64,000 nt of DNA from an uncultured Caldithrix sp. (lineage in GTDB: Bacteria; Calditrichota; Calditrichia; Calditrichales; Calditrichaceae). The stretch spans positions 2,676 through 66,675 of the forward strand of contig CAZRBA010000096.1 of NCBI GenBank assembly GCA_964598255.1. Direction: 5' to 3'. The notes beneath the pieces are model-generated. The model made no database searches. It saw nothing but the letters and a program-made list of their open reading frames with translations, and was not told the origin of the DNA. Below are positions 30,031 through 39,720 of the stretch, in pieces. A program made the position numbers and the translations under genes. The first letter of the stretch is position 1. Each line of letters begins with the position of its first letter.

Positions 30031-30561
30031 ATGTCCAAATTAACATGGAAGAAATTTGACGAAGTCGAGCTGACGCACAGCAGCGTGCATCATTTAATGG
30101 CCATGCATGAATTGCTTAAACAAAACGGGTATGTGCGGGGCGTTGATATTGCAAAATATTTAAAGATAAGCAGAAGCAGTGTGTCCATCACCATACACAA
30201 GCTGATTAAAAAAGGCTATATTAAAGAGGATGAGAATAAGTTTTATCATTTTACCGAAAAAGGTAAGGAACTGATTAACAATGTACTGAGTAAACGATAC
30301 ATTATTCAATTGTTTTTTGAAAAAGTGTTGAGTTTGAGTTCGGAAAAAGCGGAGGCCGAAGCTTGTAAAATCGAACATTTGTTGGAAGAATCGACAGGGC
30401 AGCGTTTAATGAGTTTTTTAGGATTTTTTCTTTCGAATGCGGACGTGGCGCGAAAATACAGAGATGCATTTCGGGAATTTTCGTTTGAATGCGGTCAGGT
30501 GGAATCGTGCGAAATTTGTGAGCTTGATTGTTATTTTGCCGGTAATTCGGATATGCATTAG
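30031..30561 (+). CDS. DtxR/MntR family metal-dependent transcriptional regulator with Cys-rich tail
   Basis: wHTH VRGVDIAKYLKISRSSVS, AEAEACKIEH dimerisation/metal motif and C-terminal CGQVESCEICELDC. Confidence 0.9.
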   Translation: MSKLTWKKFDEVELTHSSVHHLMAMHELLKQNGYVRGVDIAKYLKISRSSVSITIHKLIKKGYIKEDENKFYHFTEKGKELINNVLSKRYIIQLFFEKVLSLSSEKAEAEACKIEHLLEESTGQRLMSFLGFFLSNADVARKYRDAFREFSFECGQVESCEICELDCYFAGNSDMH

Positions 30562-30589
30562 GTTGGTGCAAATGAGTTAAGGAGAATAA

Positions 30590-31753
30590 ATGTATTCCGA
30601 AAGTGATTTTTTATTTTTATTCGCTACCTTGAGTGAAGAAGAGGAAATGGTTATGGATACGGTTCACGGTTTTGTCCGTGAACAATTTTTACCGGTGATT
30701 CGTGAATATCACGCCAAAGGAGAGTTCCCGCTTCAATTCGTAAAGGCAATGGGCGAGTTGGGTCTTTTCGGTATTACTATTCCCGAGGAATATGGCGGGG
30801 CGGGAATGAGTTATTTTATTTACGGTTTGGCCATGCAAGAATTGGAACGCGGAGATAGCGGGTTGCGTTCAATGGCCTCGGTACAGAACAGTTTGGTCAT
30901 GTTTCCGATTTTTCGTTACGGGAGCGAAGAACAAAAAAAGAAATGGCTGCCATTGTTGGCCTCTGGTGAGAAGATAGGTTGTTACGGTTTGACTGAACCG
31001 GATCACGGATCGGATCCCGGAGGCATGGAGACCAAGGCGGAAAAAATAGACGGAGGCTGGCGTTTAAACGGCAGCAAGATGTGGATTACCAACGGTACCA
31101 TTGCCGATGTGGCGGTGGTGTGGGCCAGAACCGACGAAGGTATTCGCGGATTTTTATTGGAGAAAGGGACGCCAGGTTTTACGGCGAATAAAGTGCGGGG
31201 TAAGTTTTCGTTGCGTGCTTCGGATACGGCGGAACTGGTTTTTGAAGATTGTGAAATTCCCGAAGAAAATCGTTTGCCTTTGGCTGAGGGATTGCGCGCT
31301 CCGCTCAGTTGTTTGAACGAGGCGCGTTACGGCATTGCCTGGGGCGCTATGGGTGCGGCAATGGCCTGTTACGAAGAAGTTTTGGATTATGCGAAAAACC
31401 GTGCTCAATTCGGTAAACCAATTGCGGGGTTTCAGTTAGTTCAACACAAATTGGTGGAAATGCTAAGTGAAATTACCAAAGGCATGTTACTCAATTTTCG
31501 GGTTGGCCGTTTGAAGGATGAGGGGAAGGCAAAGTTTTACCACATTTCGATGGCCAAACGCAACAATGTGTATCAGGCTTTGCAAATTGCCCGTTCGGCT
31601 CGTTCTATTTTGGCAGCCAACGGTATTACCGACGAATATCAGACTATTCGGCACATGCTGAATTTGGAATCGGTATTTACGTACGAAGGAACGCATGACA
31701 TTCACACTCTGATAGTGGGTGAAGCAATAACAGGGATAGGTGCTTTTCGATGA
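30590..31753 (+). CDS. Acyl-CoA dehydrogenase, glutaryl-CoA dehydrogenase type
   Basis: ELERGDSG, GLTEPDHGSD, KMWITN and TYEGTHDIHTL. Confidence 0.88.
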   Translation: MYSESDFLFLFATLSEEEEMVMDTVHGFVREQFLPVIREYHAKGEFPLQFVKAMGELGLFGITIPEEYGGAGMSYFIYGLAMQELERGDSGLRSMASVQNSLVMFPIFRYGSEEQKKKWLPLLASGEKIGCYGLTEPDHGSDPGGMETKAEKIDGGWRLNGSKMWITNGTIADVAVVWARTDEGIRGFLLEKGTPGFTANKVRGKFSLRASDTAELVFEDCEIPEENRLPLAEGLRAPLSCLNEARYGIAWGAMGAAMACYEEVLDYAKNRAQFGKPIAGFQLVQHKLVEMLSEITKGMLLNFRVGRLKDEGKAKFYHISMAKRNNVYQALQIARSARSILAANGITDEYQTIRHMLNLESVFTYEGTHDIHTLIVGEAITGIGAFR

Positions 31754-32763
31754 AAACAATTTCTATTTTGTTGGTAGAAGACGATCGGGTTGCTTTTCAG
31801 ACAATTTCGGAAACGCTTGAATTTTACGGTTACGAATGTTACGGAGCCGGTAACTTGCAGGAAGCGCGGGAAAAGATCAAAAAAATTCCGTTTGATCTGA
31901 TTTTGGCGGATTATATGCTACCGGATGGGACCAGCATCGAATTGTTGGAAGAGGTGCGTCGCTTTCGTTTTGACATACCGTTTGTGGTTGTAACGGCCAT
32001 GGAGGATATGGAAATTATTCATCAAGCCTTGGAAAATGGGGCTACGGATTTTTTAAACAAGCCGTTTAATTTGAAGAACTTACCGGCGATTATCGAGCGT
32101 AATTTGGAGCGCAAGCGTCTTGAGAATAAGAAGAATTCTCCGCAAAAAGCTACTGTTTTGTTAAAAACCATCAAGGCTTTAATTGCTGCTTTAGAAGCAA
32201 AGGATCCATACACTTCGGGGCATTCTTTGCGGGTGGCTCGGCATGCACGCTTGATGGCCATTGCCTTGGATTTGAACGATGAAGAGCAGTTTGTCTTGGA
32301 GTTGGCGGCTATTTTGCATGATATCGGTAAAATAGGTATGCCGGACAATATATTGAAAAAGGCTTCGCATTTGCACGAGTTGGAATATCGCATTGCTAAA
32401 GAACATCCGGTGATTGGCAGTAATATTGTAGGTAAAATAGATGAGCTAAAAGAGGTGGCGGCAATTATTCGCCATCACCATGAACGATTTGACGGGAGCG
32501 GCTATCCCGACGGTTTGGTGGGAGAAGTAATACCGAAACTGGCGCGTATTTTGGCCATTGTGGATGCTTACGAGTCGATTGTTTCGGAACGGGTTTACAG
32601 CAAATCGAAGTCACCCGAAGAAGCGCTTGAAGAAATTGCTCGTTCGGCCGGTACGCAGTTTGATCCTGAGCTGGTTGATGTATTTGTTGCGGTTATGCAT
32701 TCGGAATTGGCGACCAAAAAACCGCGTTTACGTATTGAAGACTATACGGATATTTCGGGTTAA
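31750..32763 (+). CDS. Response regulator with HD-GYP phosphodiesterase domain (RpfG-like)
   Basis: REC domain (EDD, ADYMLP, KPF) plus LHDIGKIG and HHERFDGSGYP. Confidence 0.92.
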   Translation: MKTISILLVEDDRVAFQTISETLEFYGYECYGAGNLQEAREKIKKIPFDLILADYMLPDGTSIELLEEVRRFRFDIPFVVVTAMEDMEIIHQALENGATDFLNKPFNLKNLPAIIERNLERKRLENKKNSPQKATVLLKTIKALIAALEAKDPYTSGHSLRVARHARLMAIALDLNDEEQFVLELAAILHDIGKIGMPDNILKKASHLHELEYRIAKEHPVIGSNIVGKIDELKEVAAIIRHHHERFDGSGYPDGLVGEVIPKLARILAIVDAYESIVSERVYSKSKSPEEALEEIARSAGTQFDPELVDVFVAVMHSELATKKPRLRIEDYTDISG

Positions 32764-32794
32764 CTTTTTTTTAAAGATAAAAATTAATAAAAGT

Positions 32795-32825
32795 AAAAGG
32801 CCGGAATGGATATTCTGGCCTTTTT
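32795..32825. terminator. Bidirectional intrinsic terminator
   Basis: AAAAGGCCGGAAT-GGAT-ATTCTGGCCTTTTT between convergent genes. Confidence 0.8.
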
Positions 32826-32882
32826 AGTTGATTGTGATTTTAACGGTTAAAAACAAGCAGTAGGGTGTATTTGTTTATAATA

Positions 32883-33887
32883 TCAGGGAAAATATTTACC
32901 GATTTTTAAACCGTCTGGTGTTTGGTAAATTAAGCGATCGGGATGCGCGCCTTTATTCATACGAAAAACAATGACCCAATCTCGATCTTTTTTAGGCGGA
33001 ATATTTTGCACGTCGGTAAGGCCTTTAGAATACTGAGCGGTGGCTTTCAGGTCGATGGCGTATTGATTTTCATCGCGATCGTACAAACGGAATTGTTTCG
33101 GATCGATGGGATAGGGGTCGATGGTATTATTGAATATGGTAATGGAAAGGGCCAAATTGCCATTGTGGTATTTTTGATTTCCGATGGCTAAAGCCAAGGG
33201 GAGATCCTGACTGATATCCAGAATGGCCATGGTTTTTTTTCGTACTTTCCCGAGTAGTTTTTGTGCTTGCTTGTTGTTTTCGTCCATACGTACGGCTTGC
33301 AACAGATAGGCTTCGGCACTTAAGAACAGGTTTGTATTACGGGGATCTTTGAGTGCTCTATGGTAATAATCTTTTCCTTTGTTAAAATATTTTCGGAAAT
33401 TGGCCGTACGAATTTCGGCTAGTTTGGCATCGGCTCGGGTGTTGTTGTAATCGTAATCGAGTGCTTTTTCCAGATAATCCAGTGTGAGGTTGAAAAATTT
33501 TTCTTTTTGAATATCGTTTTGTGGTTTTGCATTGTAGTAGGCCAAGGCAAGGTCGTAAAGAAGTTTGCTGTATTCTTTTTTGAAATGCTGTGAGAGTGAA
33601 TCCTTTGGGATGAATTCTTTGCTTTTTTCATAGTTCAATTGAAAGGCGTCTACGTTGTGACGGAGTTTGTAAAGATACCGGCCGCGTTGCATGTAGGTTA
33701 GGGCAATTTTTTCATCCAGCCTTGCATTGTTGGGTTTGTTCTTCTTAACTTTGAGATAGAAGGTTAATGCCTGATTGTATTTTCCTCGGGCGTAAGCATT
33801 GTCGCCTTCGGCTTCGGGATTTTTTCCGCATTGAACAAGCAGGCTTATGACGATTAAAAAAATAAAAGAATAGGTAATGCGTTTCAT
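32883..33887 (-). CDS. TPR lipoprotein with C-terminal DUF4352-like Ig domain
   Basis: ATG 33887 after GGAGG; lipobox LVQC; TPR-like helices; ITIFNN...IDPKQFRLYD...IVF. Confidence 0.65.
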   Translation of the reverse strand: MKRITYSFIFLIVISLLVQCGKNPEAEGDNAYARGKYNQALTFYLKVKKNKPNNARLDEKIALTYMQRGRYLYKLRHNVDAFQLNYEKSKEFIPKDSLSQHFKKEYSKLLYDLALAYYNAKPQNDIQKEKFFNLTLDYLEKALDYDYNNTRADAKLAEIRTANFRKYFNKGKDYYHRALKDPRNTNLFLSAEAYLLQAVRMDENNKQAQKLLGKVRKKTMAILDISQDLPLALAIGNQKYHNGNLALSITIFNNTIDPYPIDPKQFRLYDRDENQYAIDLKATAQYSKGLTDVQNIPPKKDRDWVIVFRMNKGAHPDRLIYQTPDGLKIGKYFP

Positions 33888-33963
33888 GGAGCCCTCCGTG
33901 TTATTGAAACCTTTTACACAGGTACAAAAATAAGAAAAAAATGCTAAAATACAAAGGACAGAC

Positions 33964-34707
33964 ATGAAATTAACTGTATTGGGTTCTGGAACATTGAAAT
34001 CGCCGGCGGATCGCAATCCGCCGGGGTACCTTTTGCAGGCGGGAGATTCTTTGATATTGCTCGATGTCGGTCCGGGTATTATTCATCAATTGCGGACATT
34101 ATCTTCGGATATTCTGGCCGTAAATTTAATTTTGATTACTCATTTTCATCCGGATCATTGCTCTGATTTGATAGCGTTGCTTTTGGCGCGTTTTTTGGCA
34201 AGGCATGATAGCAATCATGCCTTGCACTTAGTTGGTCCGCTCGGGTTTAGGGAGTGGTTCCATGGTCAGGCACAATGGCAAGGCAAGTGGTTACACGGAG
34301 CGATGCCCCAAGTAACGGAATGGCAGGGTCGGGAATTGTACGTTGATGGTTGGCGCGTTTTGGCAGAGCGCACTTTGCATACAGAGAACAGTCTCGCTTA
34401 TCGTATTGAACGCGAAGGTAAACGTGTGTTTTTTAGCGGAGATACTGATTATCAGCAATCGCTCATTCCGTTGGCCATGGAAAGTGATTTGGCATTGGTG
34501 GAGTGTTCCTTACCGGAACATTTGAAGCAAGTAGGGCATTTGACTCCCAAAGAAACCGGCATTTTTGCCCGGCAGGCAAAGGTAAAACATTTGCTGGTCA
34601 CTCATATTTATCCCGAAAATGATACGCCGGATTTAAAGAAACGAGTTGCGGATTTCTTTGATGGTAGAATTACCATAGCAGAAGATTTGATGGAAATAGA
34701 GCTTTGA
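33964..34707 (+). CDS. MBL-fold metallohydrolase (RNase Z/BN-like)
   Basis: LGSG, THFHPDH, FSGDT, GHLTP and THIYP. Confidence 0.85.
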   Translation: MKLTVLGSGTLKSPADRNPPGYLLQAGDSLILLDVGPGIIHQLRTLSSDILAVNLILITHFHPDHCSDLIALLLARFLARHDSNHALHLVGPLGFREWFHGQAQWQGKWLHGAMPQVTEWQGRELYVDGWRVLAERTLHTENSLAYRIEREGKRVFFSGDTDYQQSLIPLAMESDLALVECSLPEHLKQVGHLTPKETGIFARQAKVKHLLVTHIYPENDTPDLKKRVADFFDGRITIAEDLMEIEL

Positions 34708-35102
34708 ATGTTTTCTGCTCGATTTTTGATCGTGACTTTGAAAATTTCAAACGTCTTTATGCAGATGGGGCGATATCGATCGGAGCGATAATCACACGCG
34801 GTGCATCTTTACAAGAAGGAATTCAAAAATTAATCACCGAATTTGCACGGCGTAATCGACTAAACAATTTTACGGCTTTAACGGAATATTATCAGCCGAC
34901 ATCAAGACAAATGAGATTAATTGAAAGAGTAGCAGAATCAAAAGGGTCTTTCGAAGAGGGTTGGTCTCATGTTTTTGTTTCCGATAAATTTGGAAAAGCA
35001 ACAACACATTGGGCAAAATTGGAAGATCGGATTAAAAGAGGAGTCGGGAATCCTTGTCCGTTATTATTGATTGGTATTCCAATAAATGTCATAACAATTT
35101 AA
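34704..35102 (+). pseudogene. 5'-truncated BglII/BstYI-like type II restriction endonuclease
   Basis: FDRDFENFKRLYADGAISIG-IITRG and KFGKATTHW-KL--R--RGVGNPCPLLLIG match the C-terminal half of REases that flank MT-A70 methyltransferases. No N-terminal half or good start is present. Confidence 0.6.
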
Positions 35103-35125
35103 AGGCTTTTTAATAAGGAGCATAA

Positions 35126-35772
35126 ATGCATCCAGCAGACGATCTTTTAAAAGCGGTGAGAAACAGAAAATTTGCAACTGTCCTTGCCGATCCTCCATGG
35201 CAATTTAAAAATCGTACGGGCAAAGTTGCCCCAGAGCATAAAAGATTAAGCCGTTATCCCACCCTTAGTCTTGACGAAATAAAAGCATTACCGGTAAAAA
35301 AATTGTGGAGCAAACAGCACATTTGTATTTATGGGTACCCAACGCTCTTTTGGCGGAAGGATTACAAGTAATGGAGCAATGGGGATTCACATATAAAACA
35401 AATATTATCTGGTTTAAGGTAAGAAAAGACGAAGGGCCTAATCGTCGCGGAGTGGGGTTTTATTTCAGAAATGTTACAGAAATGATTCTATTCGGAGTAA
35501 AAGGGGAAAACGTTCGGACCTTAAAACCCGGCAGAACACAGGAAAATATAATCATATCACGAAAACGGGAGCACAGCAGAAAACCCGATGAACAATATCA
35601 AATCATAGAATCTTGTAGCTGGGGACCATACATCGAACTATTTGCGAGAGGGCCACGGAATGGTTGGTTCGTGTGGGGGAATCAGGCACAAGAATATCAA
35701 CCGAATTGGAATACATATCCAAATCATTCAAAATCCAAAATTTTGTCATTACAACGCGAGCTTGAATTCTGA
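35126..35772 (+). pseudogene. MT-A70 family N6-adenine methyltransferase split by a frameshift at an A7 run (35296-35302)
   Basis: ORF1 has ADPPW; ORF2 has HLYLWVPN, GFYFRNVTE, REHSRKP and IELFARG. One extra A would fuse the frames (LPVKKIVEQTAHLYLW). Confidence 0.85.
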
Positions 35773-35969
35773 GATAAATTTTTTTCGTTACGAATTAGGA
35801 TTCGTAATAATACAGATGATCTGATTATCTGCGTTAGGTCGTTTTAGGTTTATCCTAAGGTAAACTAACGATAAATTTTCCAATTTGTCCTTTCACAAAA
35901 TAGGTAATAATGCTATTAACAGAGTATTTTTTGTTTTGCCAAAAATAAGTTAAAGTTACGGAAATTTTC

Positions 35970-38354
35970 ATGCTTTCCTTTCTGCGGCGCAATCCGGCCC
36001 TGTGGACAGGACTGGCTTTCGCATTTGGTATTGCTTTAAGTTTTGAATTTATTGCTCAAATCAACATCCGAATATGGGCAGTCGTTTTGGCTGTTTTGTT
36101 TTTTTTGTTGATTATTTTTGCTAAAAAATTCGTCGGTATTTTTCTGCTTTTAACCCTATTCCTTTTCTTTGCGTTAGGCGTAATTTATGGCTATCAACAT
36201 TTTGCCTTTCTGCCTAAAAATCACCTTTTAAATTTTGATCCGAACAAAATCAAAGTGGTACGTGGTTGGATTTCCGATGCTTTATTGCGTAAAAACGGTA
36301 GGCATCGCTATCTGCTGCAATGCCGACAGGCATTTATCGATTCCTCTTGGCAACCGGTAAGCGGCAAGGTTTTGCTTTTTGTGCAAAAAGGGTCTTCTGA
36401 AATGCATTACGGACAGCGGGTGCAAATAAACGGAAAATTGGAGCGCCCGCCCTTACCTGCAAATCCGGGCCAATTCAACTACCGTCGTTATCTGAATTTA
36501 CGCGGAATTTTTTTTCAAATTTACGCCTCCAAAGATTCTTTGCGTGTTTTACCGGGCATACGGGGGAGCCCGATCGAACGATCGATTTTGGAACCGCTTC
36601 GGTGGCATATTCGAAATAGTTTCGATGGCTATTTGCCTTCTTTTGCGGCAGCAATTGTAAAGGCACTTATTTTAGGCGATCGGCAAGATCTGAATCGAAA
36701 AATCGTAAACCAATTTCAACAAACAGGTGTGGTACATGTATTGGCCATTTCTGGATTGCATGTGGGTTTTGTGCTGCTTATTTTTCTGTTGTTTTTTGGA
36801 TTTTTTCCACTTTCTTATAAAATACGTTACTTGCTTACGTTTATTGCTTTGGGATTTTTTGTTGCGCTTGTAAATTTTAAGGCACCGGTGGTTCGCGCTT
36901 CGCTAATGGCCGTGTTTTATTTCGGCGTTTCCCTGAGTCAGCGTAAAGCCTCTCCGTTGAATATTTTGGCCGCTGCCGGTTTTTTGATTTTATTGTTTGC
37001 TCCTTCTCAGGTATTACAACCCGGTTTTCAGTTTTCGTTTGCTGCGGTAGGGGGCATTGTATACGGCTACCCCCATTTGAAACGCATTTTTCCGATTCAT
37101 GGGGATAAACATTTTTTGTCGCAAGTGATTAATCGATGGGTTTGGCAACCGGTATTCGTTTCGTTGAGTGCCATTCTGGCGACCATGCCTTTAACCTGGT
37201 ACTATTTTGGCACACTTCAAATCGGTGGGGTATTGATTAATTTATTAGTTATTCCTCTTATTGGCCTACTGGTGGTTTTAAGTTTGCTTTTTGTGATGTT
37301 TTCCTTCGTCGCTTTTCCGCTACTCGGCGGGTTAGCCCAATTAATAACGTGGATCGTCCAAGGCATTCTAACATTAGTCGGTTTCTTTTCACGGTTTCAC
37401 TGGGTACAATTAACCATAGCTCACCCATCGTTGTGGATTATTTTTTCGAGCGTTTTATTGCTTGTTTTCCTTTTTCGAATATACAAACAGCGCAACTGGA
37501 TGTATGTCGGCTTTTTGTTTGTTGTTGTGTTGGTAATTTGGCAGCATACACGTTTAAGCCATTTACGGATTATTTTTATGGACGTGGGGCAAGGCGATGC
37601 TTGCTTGGTACAACTGCCATGCGCAAACGTCCTGATTGATGCCGGCGATCGCAGCCGTTGGCGTGATTACGGAATACGAAGCGTATTGCCTGTGTGTCGT
37701 TATTATGGTGTAAAGCATTTGCGCTATGCTATTGCCACACATTCCCATTCCGATCATTATGGCGGGTTTATTTCCGTATTACAAAATCTTGACGTGGATA
37801 CGCTGGTTCTTAGTCCTTATCCGGATTCTTCGAGTGCATATTTAGGCTTAAAACGATTGGCAAAACGTTTGCACATTCCCATCCGTTTTGTGCAACGCGG
37901 AAAAACATTAAATGTGGGCGAAGAGGCCAGAGCCTATGTTCTTTCTCCGATAAGTCAATTTGAAAAATTACGTGTACACAATGGTAAAGAAATTAACAAT
38001 AGCTCTCTGGTGATTCGTTTGCAATACGGGCAAAGTAGCTTTTTGCTTACCGGAGACGCACAAAGGGAAGCAGAAGCTGTGATGATTCGATACGGAAATT
38101 TTTTGCAAAGTAATTTAATTAAAGTTGGGCACCATGGAAGCTCAACTTCAAGTACGGATGAATTTTTACGTTTTGTCCAGCCTAAATTTGCGATTGTTTC
38201 CGTCGGGAAAAGAAATAAATTTCATCATCCGTCCATTCAAACAATCAACAGATTTAAAGCCAGCGGAATTTCGGTTTTACGTACGGATAAATTAGGTGCT
38301 ATTGTATTTGAAAGCGATGGCTCCAAAATACGCTTAATAAATTGGCGAAAATAA
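35970..38354 (+). CDS. comEC: DNA internalization competence protein ComEC/Rec2
   Basis: NPGQFNY, HVLAISGLHVG, GFQFSF, DVGQGD, THSHSDH and VGHHGS. Confidence 0.95.
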   Translation: MLSFLRRNPALWTGLAFAFGIALSFEFIAQINIRIWAVVLAVLFFLLIIFAKKFVGIFLLLTLFLFFALGVIYGYQHFAFLPKNHLLNFDPNKIKVVRGWISDALLRKNGRHRYLLQCRQAFIDSSWQPVSGKVLLFVQKGSSEMHYGQRVQINGKLERPPLPANPGQFNYRRYLNLRGIFFQIYASKDSLRVLPGIRGSPIERSILEPLRWHIRNSFDGYLPSFAAAIVKALILGDRQDLNRKIVNQFQQTGVVHVLAISGLHVGFVLLIFLLFFGFFPLSYKIRYLLTFIALGFFVALVNFKAPVVRASLMAVFYFGVSLSQRKASPLNILAAAGFLILLFAPSQVLQPGFQFSFAAVGGIVYGYPHLKRIFPIHGDKHFLSQVINRWVWQPVFVSLSAILATMPLTWYYFGTLQIGGVLINLLVIPLIGLLVVLSLLFVMFSFVAFPLLGGLAQLITWIVQGILTLVGFFSRFHWVQLTIAHPSLWIIFSSVLLLVFLFRIYKQRNWMYVGFLFVVVLVIWQHTRLSHLRIIFMDVGQGDACLVQLPCANVLIDAGDRSRWRDYGIRSVLPVCRYYGVKHLRYAIATHSHSDHYGGFISVLQNLDVDTLVLSPYPDSSSAYLGLKRLAKRLHIPIRFVQRGKTLNVGEEARAYVLSPISQFEKLRVHNGKEINNSSLVIRLQYGQSSFLLTGDAQREAEAVMIRYGNFLQSNLIKVGHHGSSTSSTDEFLRFVQPKFAIVSVGKRNKFHHPSIQTINRFKASGISVLRTDKLGAIVFESDGSKIRLINWRK

Positions 38355-38488
38355 AAGGCAAAAAACGACAAGATATTAAGAGACGATCCATTTAACACGG
38401 CCTTCCGCTTTGTTTAAGATTTCATTATTTGAATTAAACCTTCAATGCATTTAAATTCACTTTAAAGAAAAAATAACAAAGGTTCGTA

Positions 38489-39154
38489 GTGGGTGAAGAA
38501 CATATCGAACAATCGTTGGTAACATTTGACGTCCGATTTCGCCAGTCGGGTATTGATATTTTGGCGGGTGTTGACGAAGCAGGGCGCGGTCCTTTAGCCG
38601 GGCCGGTGGTTGCCGCTGCTGTTATTTTGCCGAAGGGGATTGAAATCCCGCATTTGAACGACTCAAAAAAAATTACGGCCGGTGTGCGCGAAAAATTATT
38701 CGATGAAATTCGGGAAAAGGCGATTACGTTCGGCATCGGAAGTGCCTCGGTAGAAGAAATCGGAAAATTGAATATTTTGCAGGCTACTTTTTTGGCTATG
38801 CGTCGTGCTGTAGAACAATTGTTGCCGCAACCGGATTACCTTTTGGTGGACGGACGTGATTTTCCTTTGTTTGTACGTACGGATACGGGTGTGCCTATTG
38901 CGGGTCGGGCAATTGTCAAGGGAGACGGACGTTCTCAGGTGATTGCCGCGGCGTCCGTTTTGGCTAAGGTTCGTCGTGATCGTTTGATGAGTGAATATGC
39001 ACGTATGTATCCCCAATACGGATTTGAGCGTCATAAGGGATACGGTACAAAGGAGCACCGGCAAAAAATATTGCGTTTTGGCGCGTGTCCCATTCACCGG
39101 AAAAAATTTATTCGGAAACTAATGCAAAGCGAAGCGAATTTGTTCGGGCGATAG
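38489..39154 (+). CDS. rnhB: Ribonuclease HII
   Basis: [21 protein letters not shown] and HKGYGT. Confidence 0.97.
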   Translation: MGEEHIEQSLVTFDVRFRQSGIDILAGVDEAGRGPLAGPVVAAAVILPKGIEIPHLNDSKKITAGVREKLFDEIREKAITFGIGSASVEEIGKLNILQATFLAMRRAVEQLLPQPDYLLVDGRDFPLFVRTDTGVPIAGRAIVKGDGRSQVIAAASVLAKVRRDRLMSEYARMYPQYGFERHKGYGTKEHRQKILRFGACPIHRKKFIRKLMQSEANLFGR

Positions 39155-39159
39155 TAATT

Positions 39160-39720
39160 ATGAATAAAAAGCACATAATTTTAACCGGTTTTATGGGAGC
39201 GGGAAAATCGCGAGTGGGACGCTACTTGGCACAGCGTCTCAACTTTCCATTTGTGGATACCGATAAAGAAATCGAAGAAAAAACCGGCAAAAAGATCAAA
39301 ACCATATTTGAAACGGAAGGTGAAGCTGCGTTTCGAATGTTGGAAAAAGAAACGATTGAAATCGTTTGCAACGATCCTTTGCCGCATGTTATTTCGCTGG
39401 GAGGAGGGGCGCTGGGCAACAACCGTACGTTTCGGCTTGTACACCGGAACGGCATTGTAATTTACCTGAAAAGCGCACCGCAGAGTATTTTGCAACGAGT
39501 GCGGTATACGGACAAACGGCCTTTGCTGGATGTAGGGCAACAAGAAGACAGAGAGACTGCCTTGCTGCAACGTATTCGCGAATTACTGGCCAAACGCGAA
39601 CCTGTGTACAATAAGGCCGATATTGTTGTTGATCGAGACAACATGGAAGCCGAAGATGTGGCCCGTGAAATTTTAAAACGATTAAACCAATTTTGGAAAC
39701 AAAATTATGCAACAGATTAA
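39160..39720 (+). CDS. aroK: Shikimate kinase
   Basis: GFMGAGKS, GEAAFR, GGG and RPLL. Start placed at ATG 39160. Confidence 0.96.
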   Translation: MNKKHIILTGFMGAGKSRVGRYLAQRLNFPFVDTDKEIEEKTGKKIKTIFETEGEAAFRMLEKETIEIVCNDPLPHVISLGGGALGNNRTFRLVHRNGIVIYLKSAPQSILQRVRYTDKRPLLDVGQQEDRETALLQRIRELLAKREPVYNKADIVVDRDNMEAEDVAREILKRLNQFWKQNYATD

